A DNA stretch of 64,000 nucleotides, from positions 138,324,001 to 138,388,000 of the forward strand of contig CM059431.1 in NCBI GenBank assembly GCA_030390025.1, in the 5' to 3' direction. Shown here piece after piece: positions 25,326 to 36,828 of the stretch. The first letter of the stretch is position 1. Each line of letters starts with the position of its first letter. Below the pieces are notes generated by a model. It saw only the letters and a program-made list of their open reading frames with translations. It was not told the DNA's origin and made no database searches. The position numbers and the translations under genes are program-made. The DNA is from Squalus acanthias (Eukaryota).

Positions 25326-25499
25326 GTGTAAATTAGAGCCAAAACGCCCAGCGCCCTCTACGGAGGGAACAGGAGAAGCGACAGTATGTTTCCTTAACCA
25401 ATCAGCTTGAGCAATCCTTATGCAAAGTTTGAAACAGGAACTTTTAGTTAGAATATAGAATGCATTGTCAAATGACGTGCAGAAAGTGAAATAAAGAGA

Positions 25500-25915
25500 G
25501 GGAAAGAAAGATTGGATTCAGAATGCATCTCACTGAAACATACAAAATTCTTACAGGGCTTGATAGGGTAGATGCAGGGAGGATGCTTCCCCTGGCTGGG
25601 GAGTCCAGAACCAGGGGTCGCAGTCTCAGAAAAAGGGGTCGGCCATTTAGGACTGAGATGAGTAGAAATTTCTTCACTTAGAGGGTGGTGATTCTTTGGA
25701 ATTCTCTACCCCAGAGGCTGTGGAGGCTCAGTCGTTGAGTATATTCAAGACAGAGATCGATATATTTTTTTAATTTTAAGGGAATCAAGGGATAGGTGCA
25801 AAGTGCAGGAAGGGGAGATGAGGTAGAAGATCAGCAATGATATTATTGAATGGCGGAGCAAGCTCGAAGGGATAAATGGCCCACTCCTGCTAATATTTCT
25901 TATCTTCTTATGTTC
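25500..25915 (+). mobile_element. CR1 3' fragment
   Basis: ctcactgaaacatacaaaattcttacagggcttgatagggtagatgc...tcttatgttc tail. Confidence 0.85.
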
Positions 25916-26559
25916 AGAGGGAGCGAAAAAGAGACAGAAAGAAAAGGTACAAACATTATTGAATTTTTGTTTGTACAGCTCCAACAATAATTACAATCGA
26001 AGGATGAGATTCAACACTTGTAAAAGTTAATTTTCTGTGCAAGAGAAGTTGTCTGGCATTAGTTAAGACTGATCACGCCGTTAAACAAATAAGTATACTG
26101 GAATAGGCAAGCCCTGACTTTTCCTGGCGAGTTTCCTGTGTATCTATCAGGTAAGTGCAGTAATGCTAAGCCGTTCCATGCATTTCAATGGCGAGTTACT
26201 CGGCGAGATACCATTCTCGCGCAGCATTGGGAGCAGCTGGGAATTCCGGACAGGACCTTCCCGATTTTCGTGTTTAACTCCGCATGTACGGTCGCTGGAA
26301 GTTGCTGTCCAATTTTCACTTTAATGACAGTGAGTGCCGTTAGACCCACCATTATTTCTACCGCAAAATCTGGCCAATTACAAAACTATGAAACTACCAC
26401 TATTTCATCCCCAGTCACGCACTCCGTGAACACAATGGTGCAGAAACCAAACCATTAAAGTGAGCGGACGGCAAATGATAGACTGAGACATCTGAATTTC
26501 CTGATGTTCCCCCCTGGGGGTTGACGTTCCACAGCAAGAGCACAGGGGCAGGTAATTTA

Positions 26560-27030
26560 CCCAGTTGTGTAAAGGTCTGGACACTCTATTTATAGAATGC
26601 AAAAGCAATGGAAAAACTGGCGTGTAATTGCACTAGGATGTTACCAGGGATGTGGAGTTACTGTTAGAGAGTGCGATTTGAGAACATTGGGCACATTCCA
26701 CTAGAGGTGAGCAGATTAAGTGAGGAGTTGCTGCAAGTCTTCAGATTCTGAAGAGTTATGATCAAATAAATAGCTACTGATACTTTCCATTGATTGGCCA
26801 GAGGACACATATTTAGGCTAATTCGAAGAATTCGAGGTGAAGTTTGATAAATGAATTTACACACGAGGTGGTTAGAAAGCATAATTCAATCCCACAAACT
26901 ATTGTGGAAGCAAGTCGACATTTTGTTTGATAAAATCTATTTTTACTGCTGCGTGGAGAGAAAGGAATGCTGGAGTATGGGGAGTGAACAGAAGATTACA
27001 CCTGGACTAATTGGGATACTAACCACATGC
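26560..27030 (+). mobile_element. Old CR1 3' fragment
   Basis: cactaggatgttaccagggatg...ccagaggacacatatttagg, degenerate CR1 3' motifs. Confidence 0.5.
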
Positions 27031-27562
27031 GGTCAGCAGGAGGTTGGAATTAGACTAGGTGGGATATTAACGGCAATGTGTAGTGAGCAGGACGTTGGGA
27101 TTTGACTAGGTGGAGTGTTAACGGTAATGGGTAGTGAGCAGGAGATTGGGATTAGACAAGGTTGCATATCAAAGGTAATGGATAGTGAGCAGGAGGTTGG
27201 GATTAGACTTGGTGGGATATTAACAGTAATGGGTAGTGAGCAGGAGGTTGGGATCAGACCAGGTGGGATATTAACGGTAATAGTTAGTGAACAGGAGGTT
27301 GGGAGTATACTCGGTGGGATATTAACTTAATGGGTAGTGAGCAGGCGGTTGGGATTCGATTAGTTGGGATATTAGCAGTAATGGGTAGAAGGAAGGAGGA
27401 TGGGAGTAGACTAGGTGGGATATTAACGGTAATGGGTAGTGAGCAGGAGGTTAGGATTAGACTTGGTGGGATATTAACAGTAATGGGTAGTGAGCAGGAG
27501 GCTGTGATTAGACTAGGTGGGATATTAACGGTAATGTGTAGTGAGCAGGAGGTTGGGGATTA
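27030..27562. repeat. Minisatellite, 51-bp unit, ~10 copies
   Basis: Unit GTAGTGAGCAGGAGGTTGGGATTAGACTAGGTGGGATATTAACGGTAATGG. Confidence 0.93.
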
Positions 27563-28306
27563 GAGTAAATTACTAGATTATCATCTGGGAAAGTATGCAG
27601 CAGGTCGACCGTCCATTATACACCCTGCCCGATTATCATTTCCATTTAGTTCTATTCCATTAAATGCAACTGACAGAACAATACAGACTGTTTGCTGTAA
27701 TTTCCTGAAGTGCTCTCCCGGGGAATGACGCTCCACGACAGGTTCTACCGCCCGTATTGAGTCTCTGCCGAAATTGGAATTGACCCCCGGTGATGCAGAG
27801 GGAGGAAAAACCTACACTCCATCGGGTTTTCAATTCTCATTTTTTGGGGGTTAGTTTTCCTGTTCGGGTCTCATACATTTAAAGCATTTTACCATTTTAT
27901 TTTTGTACTTGAAATGTCTACCATTTACGCCACAGATGATGGTTCCTTAATTTACGTCAAGAAGTTTCCAGGTAAGTAAACTCATGACCTTCCCTTTAAT
28001 CCCTGTCTTTTGCCTCTGGTCTCACATTTTCCCAGTCCCACTAAAACTGTTTCCCTTTGTTTTCAGTCCACACAAGAGTTATATACGAACCGTTCCCCTG
28101 TCCTTTGTACAGATTCTGACGGATCCGCTGGGTATTTTCACCTCTTCATATCATTGTTTCAGATTCACAATATTTTCAGTTTTATCCATTTCTTTCCTAT
28201 TTGTCGTGTTTCTCTTGTGTAACATTCTCTGATTCTAAGATCTGATATCCTGTCAGCTCTGTGATGTTTAAATAATCCAAACTCATTCTCTGTCCCTCCC
28301 ACTTAC

Positions 28307-28431
28307 CCGATGTTCTTGTCCACTGAAATGACTCTCGTATGTTAACAACGAGCTGACTCCGTCCACCCCTCCTTCAATCGCCTGTTCCAGTCTGTCCCGG
28401 TAGAATTTCGTCAACTGGAACAGCTGGTAAT
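28307..28431 (-). pseudogene. NLR CARD-like exon, N-terminal half, 5'-truncated by CR1
   Basis: YQLFQLTKFYRDRLEQAIEGGVDGVSSLLTYESHFSGQEHR|GTaagt; abuts the CR1 tail. Confidence 0.88.
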
Positions 28432-30350
28432 AGAACATAGAACATAGAACATAGAACAGTACAGCACAGTACAGGCCCTTCGGCCCTCGATGTTGTGCCG
28501 AGCATTGTCCGAGACCAAGATCAAGCTATCACACTCCCTATCACTCTGGTGTGCTCCATGTGCTTATCCAATAACCGCTTGAAAGTTTCTAAAGTGTCCG
28601 ACTCCACTATCACAGCAGGCAGTCCATTCCACACCCCAACCACTCTCTGAGTAAAGAATCTACCTCGGACATCACTTCTATATCTCCCCCCATGCACCTT
28701 ATAGTTATGCCCCCTTGTAACAGCTGCCTCTACCCGAGGAAATAGTCTCTGAACATCCACTCTATCTATCCCCCTCATCATCTTATAAACCTCTATTAAG
28801 TCGCCTCTCATCCTCCTCCTCTCTAAAGAGAAAAGCCCCAACTCCCTCAATCTTTCCTCATAAGACCTCCCCCCCAAACCAGGCAGCATCCTGCTAAATC
28901 TCCTTTGCACTCTTTCCAATGCTTCCACGTCCTTCCTATAGTGAGGTGACCAGAAATGCACACAATATTCCAAATGTGGTCTCACCAAGGTCCTGTACAG
29001 TTGCAGCATAACCTCACGGTTCTTAAACTCAAACCCTCTGTTAATAAACGCCAACACACCATAGGCCTTCTTTACTGCTCTATCCACTTGAGTGGCAACC
29101 TTCAGAGATCTGTGGATATGAACCCCCAGATCCCTCTGCTCCTCCACGTTCCTCAGAACCCTGCCGTTGACCCTGTAATCCTTATTCAAATTTGCCCTAC
29201 CAAAATGAATCACCTCGCACTTATCAGGGTTAAATTCCATCTGCCATTTTTCGGCCCAGCTCTGCATCCTATCAATGTCTCTTTGCAGCCTACAACTGCC
29301 CTCCACCTCATCCACTACTCCACCAATCTTGGTGTCATCAGCAAATTTACTGATCCACCCTTCAGTCCCCTCCTCCAAGTCATTGATAAAAATCACAAAC
29401 AGCAGAGGACCCAGCACCGGCCCCTGTGGCACACCGCTGGTAACTGGTCTCCAGTCCGAAAATGTTCCATCCACCACCACCCTCTGCCTTCTATGAGATA
29501 GCCAGTTACTTATCCAATCGGCCAAATTTCCCTCTATCCCACAACTCCTTACTTTCTTCATGAGCCGACCATGGGGAACCTTATCAAACGCCTTACTAAA
29601 ATCCATGTATACGACATCAACTGCTCTACCTTCATCTACACACTTAGTTACCTCCTCAAAGAATTCAATCAAATTTGTTAGGCAAGACTTACCCTTCACG
29701 AATCCGTGTTGACTATCCCTGATTAAGTTGCCCCTTTCCAAATGGTCATAAATCCTATCCCTCAGGACCTTTTCCATTATCTTACCAACCACCGAAGTAA
29801 GACTAATCGGCCTATAATTACCAGGGTCATTCCTATTTCCTTTCTTGAAGAGAGGAACAACATTCGCCACTCTCCAGTCCTCTGGCACCATTCCCGTGGA
29901 CAGTGAGGACCCAAAGATCAAAGCCAGAGGCTCTGCAATCTCCTCCCTTGCCTCCCAAAGAATCCTAGGATATATCCCATCTGGCCCAGGGGACTTATCG
30001 ACCCTCAGGTTCTTCAAAATTGATAAAACATCTTCCCTCAGAACATCTACCACCTCCAGCCTATCCACCTTTATCACACTCTCATCCTCAAGAACATGGC
30101 CCCTCTCCTCGGTGAACACTGACGAAAAGTATTCATTCATCACCTCTCCTATCTCTTCTGACTCCATGCACAAGTTCCCACTACTGTCCTTGACCGGCCC
30201 TACCCTCACCCTGGTCATTCTTTTATTTCTCACATAAGAGTAAAAGGCCTTGGGGTTTTTCTTGATCCGACCCGCCAATGACTTCGCATGCCCCCTCCTA
30301 GCTCTCCTAAGCTCTTTTTTTAGCTCATTCCTTGCTACCTTGTACCCCTC
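28432..30350 (-). mobile_element. Young 5'-truncated CR1 LINE with uninterrupted RT ORF
   Basis: Open frame to 28521 with KSPGPDG, NYRPISLTS, YMDFSKAFD, GVPQG, FADD; (TTCTATG)n tail at 28432-28457. Confidence 0.97.
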
Positions 30351-30359
30351 ACACACGCA

Positions 30360-31250
30360 CACAACACTCAATACTAGCTCCAATGTTTGAAATGTTGACT
30401 TGTCCCCGTTTCTTCGTTTAAAAAAAAACAACTTTATCTCTCACTATTTCAAATCCACTATCCTTTTTCTTGCCAATAACTTTTCACTATTTCTTAAATC
30501 TTCTGTTTCAACTCCAGCATTTTTATGAATTACGCTCTCTCGTCTCAATCCGGATATTTCCCAATCTCCAGTCACATCCCCTGATACCCTCCCACTGCTC
30601 CATTCACCTTTCTTTAAAACCATTATTGTTTGTTGGTGCAGAGGGCGACCGTCCCTTCCCTTCCAACGGAACTCACTCTAGCGCCCCAAGAACGTGAAAG
30701 CTCCCTCCTGCTCCAGCCCTGCAGCCGCAAATTGACCAGCTTCATATTTCCCACATTAAGCTGCCAACTACAAAACAATCCGGAGCTCAACAGCGTGAGG
30801 CCTGTTTCTTAGGTTGATGCCTACGTCTTGATAGTCCTTCTCTCAACGTATTTCTATCCGTGTTACTGGTTCCGAACATGGCTATTTTCTGCTCTCCTTT
30901 GCTTCCCAGAGGTGATCCCACCCGTTCAAAGATGTTATTCCCACTGGCACCAGGGAGGCAGCTAACCATTTGGAATATGCTCAGGGCTGCAGAAGAGGTT
31001 GTTTATTCCTCTGACTATACAATCTGCCAATAGTATCGCTCCCCTATTCCTGTGTCCCACCTGCCTCTCATTCTCGCCCCACTGGTTGGTCTCCTGCTCT
31101 CTGGAGTCACACTGTTGTTCGGGAAGACCCTCCTCTGAGTCACTGTCTCTATCCACCTTACACTCTCCTTTACCAGGTATCTATTGGACAGTTCCAGTAC
31201 TCAGGGACTGCCTCCATCTGTGACTGCGGTGTCCCTCTCGATGGTCACTC
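30360..31250 (-). mobile_element. Old CR1 ORF1 (esterase-like) remnant
   Basis: AILLADCIVRGINNLFC and VSCLPGA resemble CR1 ORF1 SGNH-esterase motifs. Confidence 0.55.
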
Positions 31251-31375
31251 ACTTGCCTTGTTTGTACTCCATCCCTGTCCTGTTCCCGCGACCTATGTGA
31301 GCTGCAGGTTCATGCACCAGATCTGGACTTTATGTTGGGACAGAAATTGTATTTTAAAGTATTTTGTGAACCTAC

Positions 31376-31471
31376 CTGTGTCCATTCTCATTCTTTTTGA
31401 GTATGTTGAATCTTCTCCCCTGTTTGGACCTTCAGCCATGTTGGTGACAGGCGTTCCCAGGCTCTGATGCT
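31376..31471 (-). pseudogene. NLR N-terminal exon containing candidate ATG (31439)
   Basis: ttacAG|EHQSLGTPVTN-MAEGPNRGEDSTYSKRMRMDT|GTaggt; good Kozak context aacATGG. Confidence 0.7.
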
Positions 31472-32364
31472 CTGTAACAAATATAATATTAACAGGAGGG
31501 TTCCAGGGAAATATTAAAATGGGAAAGAGAATGTTGCCGTGTTAAACATGATATCAAGTCCCTCCTCCCCCATCACTACAGCTCTGGGATCTCAGAAAAC
31601 ACCATGAATATACAAGTGGTAGAATTTACTGCCGTTTTACAATCACTATTCTCCACTTGTGTGTGTTCCCTCGCACGTGCGTCCATTGAAATTATCAATC
31701 AAGGTCCTATCCCTTCCCCACTGTGGAAATGTAAAAGTGATTCAGTTAATTTATAACCAGTTTGAGACTTTATAAAATTTAGTACTCTGCTACTTCACTA
31801 ACGCTGCCACTAGTGTAATAAACATACAACAGCAACAACAGAGGGGCAAGGAGAATGTATGAGAAATGATTATCGGTAATGTAATAGGCAACACTAAAGC
31901 CTTTTAGAAACATATAAAGCGTGAAAGAATAGTCCAAGGAAAGTTGGGGCCGATTAACGACGAAAAAGGTAATCATCTTATGGAAGCAGAGGACATGGCT
32001 GAGGTACTAAATTAACACTTTGCCCCTGTATTCACTAAAGGAGAGGATGCTGCCAACGGTTCAGTAAAGGAGGAGGTGGTAGAGAAATTGGAGAGGATAT
32101 AAATAGATTTGGACGATGTACTAAAACGGTTGGCAGTGCTCAAAGTAGAAAAGTCACCCGCTCTGCCTCAACCTCCCAATCCTTCGATTTGGGAAAGGTG
32201 CCAGAGTACTGCAAATGTTACTTCCCTGATAAAATAAAGTGGAGAGTGATGAACCAAATAACTACAGGCGACCCAGTTTAACATTGATGAGGAGGAAACT
32301 TCAGGGGAGAAAAATCCAAATCAAAATTCATTGTCACTTGGAAGAACATGAGTTAATATAAAGG

Positions 32365-33365
32365 AAGATGGTTGTTGTGATTGAAGGGAAATCATCACAG
32401 CCCCAGGACATCGCTGCAGGAGTTCCTCGAGGCAATTGTCCTAGGCCCAATCATCTTCAGCTGCTTCATCAATGACCTTCCCTTCAACATAAGGTCAGAA
32501 ATGGGGATGTTCGCTGATCACTGCACAGTGTTCAGTGCCATTCACAACACCTCAGATAATGAAGCACTCCATGGCCACATGCAACAAGACCTGGACGACG
32601 TTCAGGCTTGGGTTGATACGTGGCAGATAAAATTCGTGCCACAGAAGTGCCAGGCAATGACTATCTCCCACAAACGAGAGTCTAACAATTGCCAAATTCC
32701 CTTCTATTAATATCCTGGGGGTCACCATTGACCAGAAACTTAACTGAACCAGCCACATCAATACTGTGGCAACAAGAGCAGATCAGAGGCTAGGTATTCT
32801 GCGGCGAGTGTCTCACCTCCTGACTCCCCAAATACTTTCCACCATTTACAAGGCACAAGTACGGAGTGTGATGGAATACTCACCACTTGCCCGGATGAGT
32901 GCAGCTCCAACAACACTCAAGAAGCTCGACAACATCCAGGAAAAAGCAGTCCGGTTGATTAGCACCCCAGCTACCACCTTAAAACGTGACTCCCTCCACC
33001 ACTGGCGTACCGTGGCTGCAGTGTGTACTATATACAAGATGCACTGCAGCAACGCGCCAAGGCGTCTTCGGCAGCACCTCCCAAACTCGCGGCCTCTTCC
33101 ACCTAGAAGGACAAGGGCAGCATGCGCATGGGAACTCCAACACCTCCACTTTACCCTCCAATATCATCCTGACTTAGAAGTATATCGCCGATCCTTCATC
33201 GTCGATGGGTCAAACTTCTGGAACTCCCTACCTATCAGCACTGTGGGAATACCTTCACCACACAGACTGCAGCGGTTCAAGAAGGCGGCTCACCACCACC
33301 TTCTCAAGGGCAATTAGGGATGGGCAATAAATGCTGGCCTTGCCAGCGACGCCCACATCAAGTAA
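32365..33365 (+). mobile_element. CR1-clade LINE 3' part (second family)
   Basis: LGPIIFSCFINDLP..MFADH, TIYKAQVRSVMEYSPLA; 3' end gggcaattagggatgggcaataaatgctggcc. Confidence 0.85.
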
Positions 33366-34074
33366 CCGAATACAAATAATAGTGACAGCCAAAATTGACT
33401 TTTTTAAAGGCAAATCAAATCTGGCTGACTTGATTGGGTTAATGGATGAAATAGGACAGGATTGATGAATGTAGTGCAGTTGATGTTCTGTATGTGGACT
33501 TTCAGAAGGCGTTTGATAAATTACCTCATGATAGACCGGTTACCAAAATTGGAACCAATGATATTAAAGGAGCAGTGGCAGAGTGGATACGAAATAGGCG
33601 AAGGGACAAAAAACAGACAGTAGTTGTGAACCGATATTTTTCACACTGGAGGGATATATACTGTGGTGACCCCAGGGCTCCGTATTAGGGCTCCTGCTCT
33701 TTTTGATATATTAGTGACCTGGACTTGGTTATACAGAGCATAATTTAAAAGATTGTAGATGACACGAATCTCGGAAAAGTCGTAAACCGTGAGGAGGACA
33801 GCAGAAGATTTATGAAGGAAATAGACCGTCTGGTGAAATGGACAGACACATGGCAGGTGAAATTTTACGCAGAGAAGTGTGAAGTGATGCAATTATGTTT
33901 AGGGTTTTTGGAAGGAAGAATGAGGCAATATAAACTGAATGTTACAATTTTAAAGGGGTGGCAGGAACATAAATACATGGGGGTACACATAGAGAAATCT
34001 TTGAAGGTGGCAGGATAGGACGATAAAGCATTTAGACAAGTATACGAGACCATTTGTTTATAAATAGTGGCATA

Positions 34075-34895
34075 GGAATATAGGAACATAGGAACAGGAG
34101 TAGGCCACTCATTATTTCTAGTTTGTTCCTCCATTCAATTCGATCATGGCTGAGCTGTATCTTAACTCCATCTAACCGCCTTGGTTCCATAACCCTAAAT
34201 ACCATTGCCTAACAAAAATCTATCAATGGCAGTTTGTAATTTTCAATTGACCGAAACTCAACAGCTTTTTGAAGGCAGGTGTTCCAGATTTCCACTACAC
34301 TGTGTCTGAAGAAGTGCTTTCAAACATCACCCCTGAGCGGCCGAGCTCTGTGTTTAAGTTTATGTCCCTTTCTCTCGACCCGTCCACCAAAGTTTAACTC
34401 CTTCTATCCCAGTTATTCCTTTGATCATCTTAAACACCTCAATTAGTTCACCCATTAATCTTGTATAACAAGGGAATAAAAGCTTCGTCAATGCAATCTA
34501 TGCTCATAATTGAAAGCTTTTAGCCCCGGTATCGTTCTGGTGAATCTGAGCTGCACCACCTCCAAAGCCAAGATATTGTTCCCGAGGTGCGGTGCCCAGA
34601 ACTAAACACAGTTCTGTAAATGGGTCTAACCAGAGCTCTGCACAGCTGGAACAGAACTTCTAACCCTTTGTATTCCAGCCCTCGAGATAATGGCCAACAT
34701 TCCATTAGACTTTTACTTATTTTTGGTACCTGTCCACTAGCTTCTAGTGATTTATGTACTTGGACCCCTAGTTCTCTCTGCTCATCCATAGTTCCTATCT
34801 TCTAACCAATTAAAAAATACTCTGATCTTCTCTTTTTGGGTCCAACGTGAATGACCTCACACTTTCCCAAACTGATCTCCATCTGCCACAGTTGT
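34075..34895 (-). mobile_element. CR1 3' fragment, reverse
   Basis: Tail cataggaatataggaacataggaac; ORF QRELGVQVHKSL...GLEYKGLEVLFQLCRALVRP. Confidence 0.85.
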
Positions 34896-35769
34896 GCCCA
34901 GAGAGTGCAAAGCAAGGAAGTTATGCTAAACCTTTACCAAACCTGGAGCATTGTGTTCAATTCTGGTCACCACACTTTAGGAAGGCTGTCGGAGCCTTGC
35001 AGAGGGTGCAGAGGAGATTTACTAGAGTGGTAACAGAAATGAGGAACTTCAGTTACAAGAAGAGACTAGAGAAGATGAAATTGTTCTCCTTAAATCAGAG
35101 AAGGTTAAGACGAGATTTAATGAGGCGATAAAATTCATGAAACGTTTCCCCATTTTCATAGAATAAATAAGGAGAAACTGTGTCTACTGACAGAAGGGTC
35201 GGTATAAAGAAGACACAGATTTAAAGCAATTGGCAAAAGTGCCAGAGGTGAGATGAGGAGATATTTTTAGGCATCGAGTTATTATGTTTCTGGAATGCAA
35301 TGCCTGAAAGAGTGGTAGAAGAAAATGCAATAGTACCTTTTAAAAGAGAATTGGATAAATAATTAAAGGAGAGACAATTGTAGGGCTCAGGGGAGAGAGC
35401 GGGGAGTGGAACTAATTGGGTTGCTATTTTACAGTTCTGGGACAGGCTCGATGGGCCTTCTGTGCTGAATGATTCTATGCTAATAATGACGTAGCCCTCT
35501 GACTCTTTGTTCCTAAGCGTGTTTTACATGATAAATGTATTTGAATACTATTTACAGCAGCAGAATTTTAGCGTGTGAAATTACATTGGAAGTTTTATTC
35601 TGTGAAATCAAACAACTCCCAGTAAATTAATTTCTGATAATACACTTTTTGTTACCTGTCCATTATTGCCATGTTAACTTGTCTCTATCTTTGAACTACT
35701 GCACAAATAAACGGCGATTTCGCTACTTTGAACCGCAAACATTTTACTCAGGACATTCCGGGTCCTTAC

Positions 35770-35829
35770 CTTGTGCTGCGGCTCCTGATTCTGGATCCAG
35801 AGAGTCCGGGTAAGTTAGCGTTCTGTGTT
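35770..35829 (-). other. Candidate upstream 60-bp NLR exon
   Basis: ttgcAG|EHRTLTYPDSLDPESGAAAQ|GTaagg; phase-compatible and in frame with exon 31376-31471. Confidence 0.5.
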
Positions 35830-35958
35830 CTGCAAGTTAATGAACACATCCTGGGTAAATATAGTTATCATGATGCGGAGATGCCGGTGTTGGACTGGGG
35901 TGGACAAAATTGAGAGGTCGCACAACATCAGGTTATAGTCCAACAGTTTTATTTGAAA

Positions 35959-36000
35959 TCACAAGCTTTCGGAGCTATCGATTGCCCCTTCCTCAGGTGA
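35959..36000 (-). ncRNA. Minimal hammerhead ribozyme motif (inverted copy)
   Basis: Reverse complement of 36787-36828. Confidence 0.7.
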
Positions 36001-36786
36001 AGTAAATAGATACAGAATCGCCAAAGCATATATAGATAGAGAACAAAGCATGTGTACCTTACAATTGCAGACAACTAAATTAAATCATCCTGACTATCTG
36101 CCGAGGTGTGATAAAGTTAATCAGGTCAGCCAGGAAGGTACCACATCAAAGACATAGCAAGATATGTGGAAAGAATGCACCGCGGCATGGTACATCGGCG
36201 AGACCATGCAGACACTGAGACAACGTATGAACAAGCACCGTGCAACAATCACCAGGCAGGATTGTTACCTCCCAGTCGGGGAACACTTCAGCAGTCAAGG
36301 ACATTCAGCCTCGGATCTGCGGGTAAGCGTTCTCCAAGGCAACCTTAGAAACACACGACAACGCAAAATCATCGAGCAGAAACTGATAGCCAAGTTCCGC
36401 ACTCATGAAGACGGTCTCAACCGGGATCTTGGGTTTATGTCACGATACATGACGTGATCCAGACTCGAGTCGTCGTTGGCTTGTTCACAGATGTGATTCC
36501 CAGTAAAAAAGTAAAAATTTTCCCAGTAAAAAAGTAAAAATTTTAAAGCTTTTCGTTTTACATACAGACGGCAGCTTTTGACACGTTAGACCCCCTGCGA
36601 CTCCACCTCATTATCTCAGTTGTATCTTGCTATGTCTTTGATGTGGTACCTTCCTGGCTGACCTGATTAACTTTATCACACCTCGGCAGATAGTCAGGAT
36701 GATTTAATTTAGTTGTCTGCAATTGTAAGGTACACATGCTTTGTTCTCTATCTATATATGCTTTGGCGATTCTGTATCTATTTACT

Positions 36787-36828
36787 TCACCTGAGGAAGG
36801 GGCAATCGATAGCTCCGAAAGCTTGTGA
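36787..36828 (+). ncRNA. Minimal type I hammerhead ribozyme motif
   Basis: tcac-CTGAGGA-aggggc aatcgata gctcc-GAAA-gcTT-gtga; stem I tcac/gtga; palindrome AAGCTT. Confidence 0.72.

Larger units (their letters stand above)
15085..31471 (-). pseudogene. NLR family gene (CARD-FISNA-like-NACHT-LRR; NLRP3/NLRC3-like shark expansion type), pseudogene
   Basis: Eight exons with compatible phases found by hand; premature stops, a frameshift, a lost splice acceptor and a CR1 insertion. Confidence 0.9.
31830..35480 (+). mobile_element. Degenerate CR1 interrupted by two other LINE fragments
   Basis: Colinear CR1 ORF2 pieces at ~31830-32360, 33380-34075 ([12 protein letters not shown]) and 34900-35480 (LEHCVQFWSPHF, 3' tail). 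Confidence 0.75.

Noticed and set aside
28521..30431. 636-aa ORF as a complete gene
   Set aside because: 5'-truncated CR1 ORF2; the first ~27 codons come from flanking DNA and the endonuclease is absent
31258..31323. Possible 66-bp exon with GC donor (DLVHEPAAH...)
   Set aside because: Weak acceptor and an implied intron of only ~52 bp
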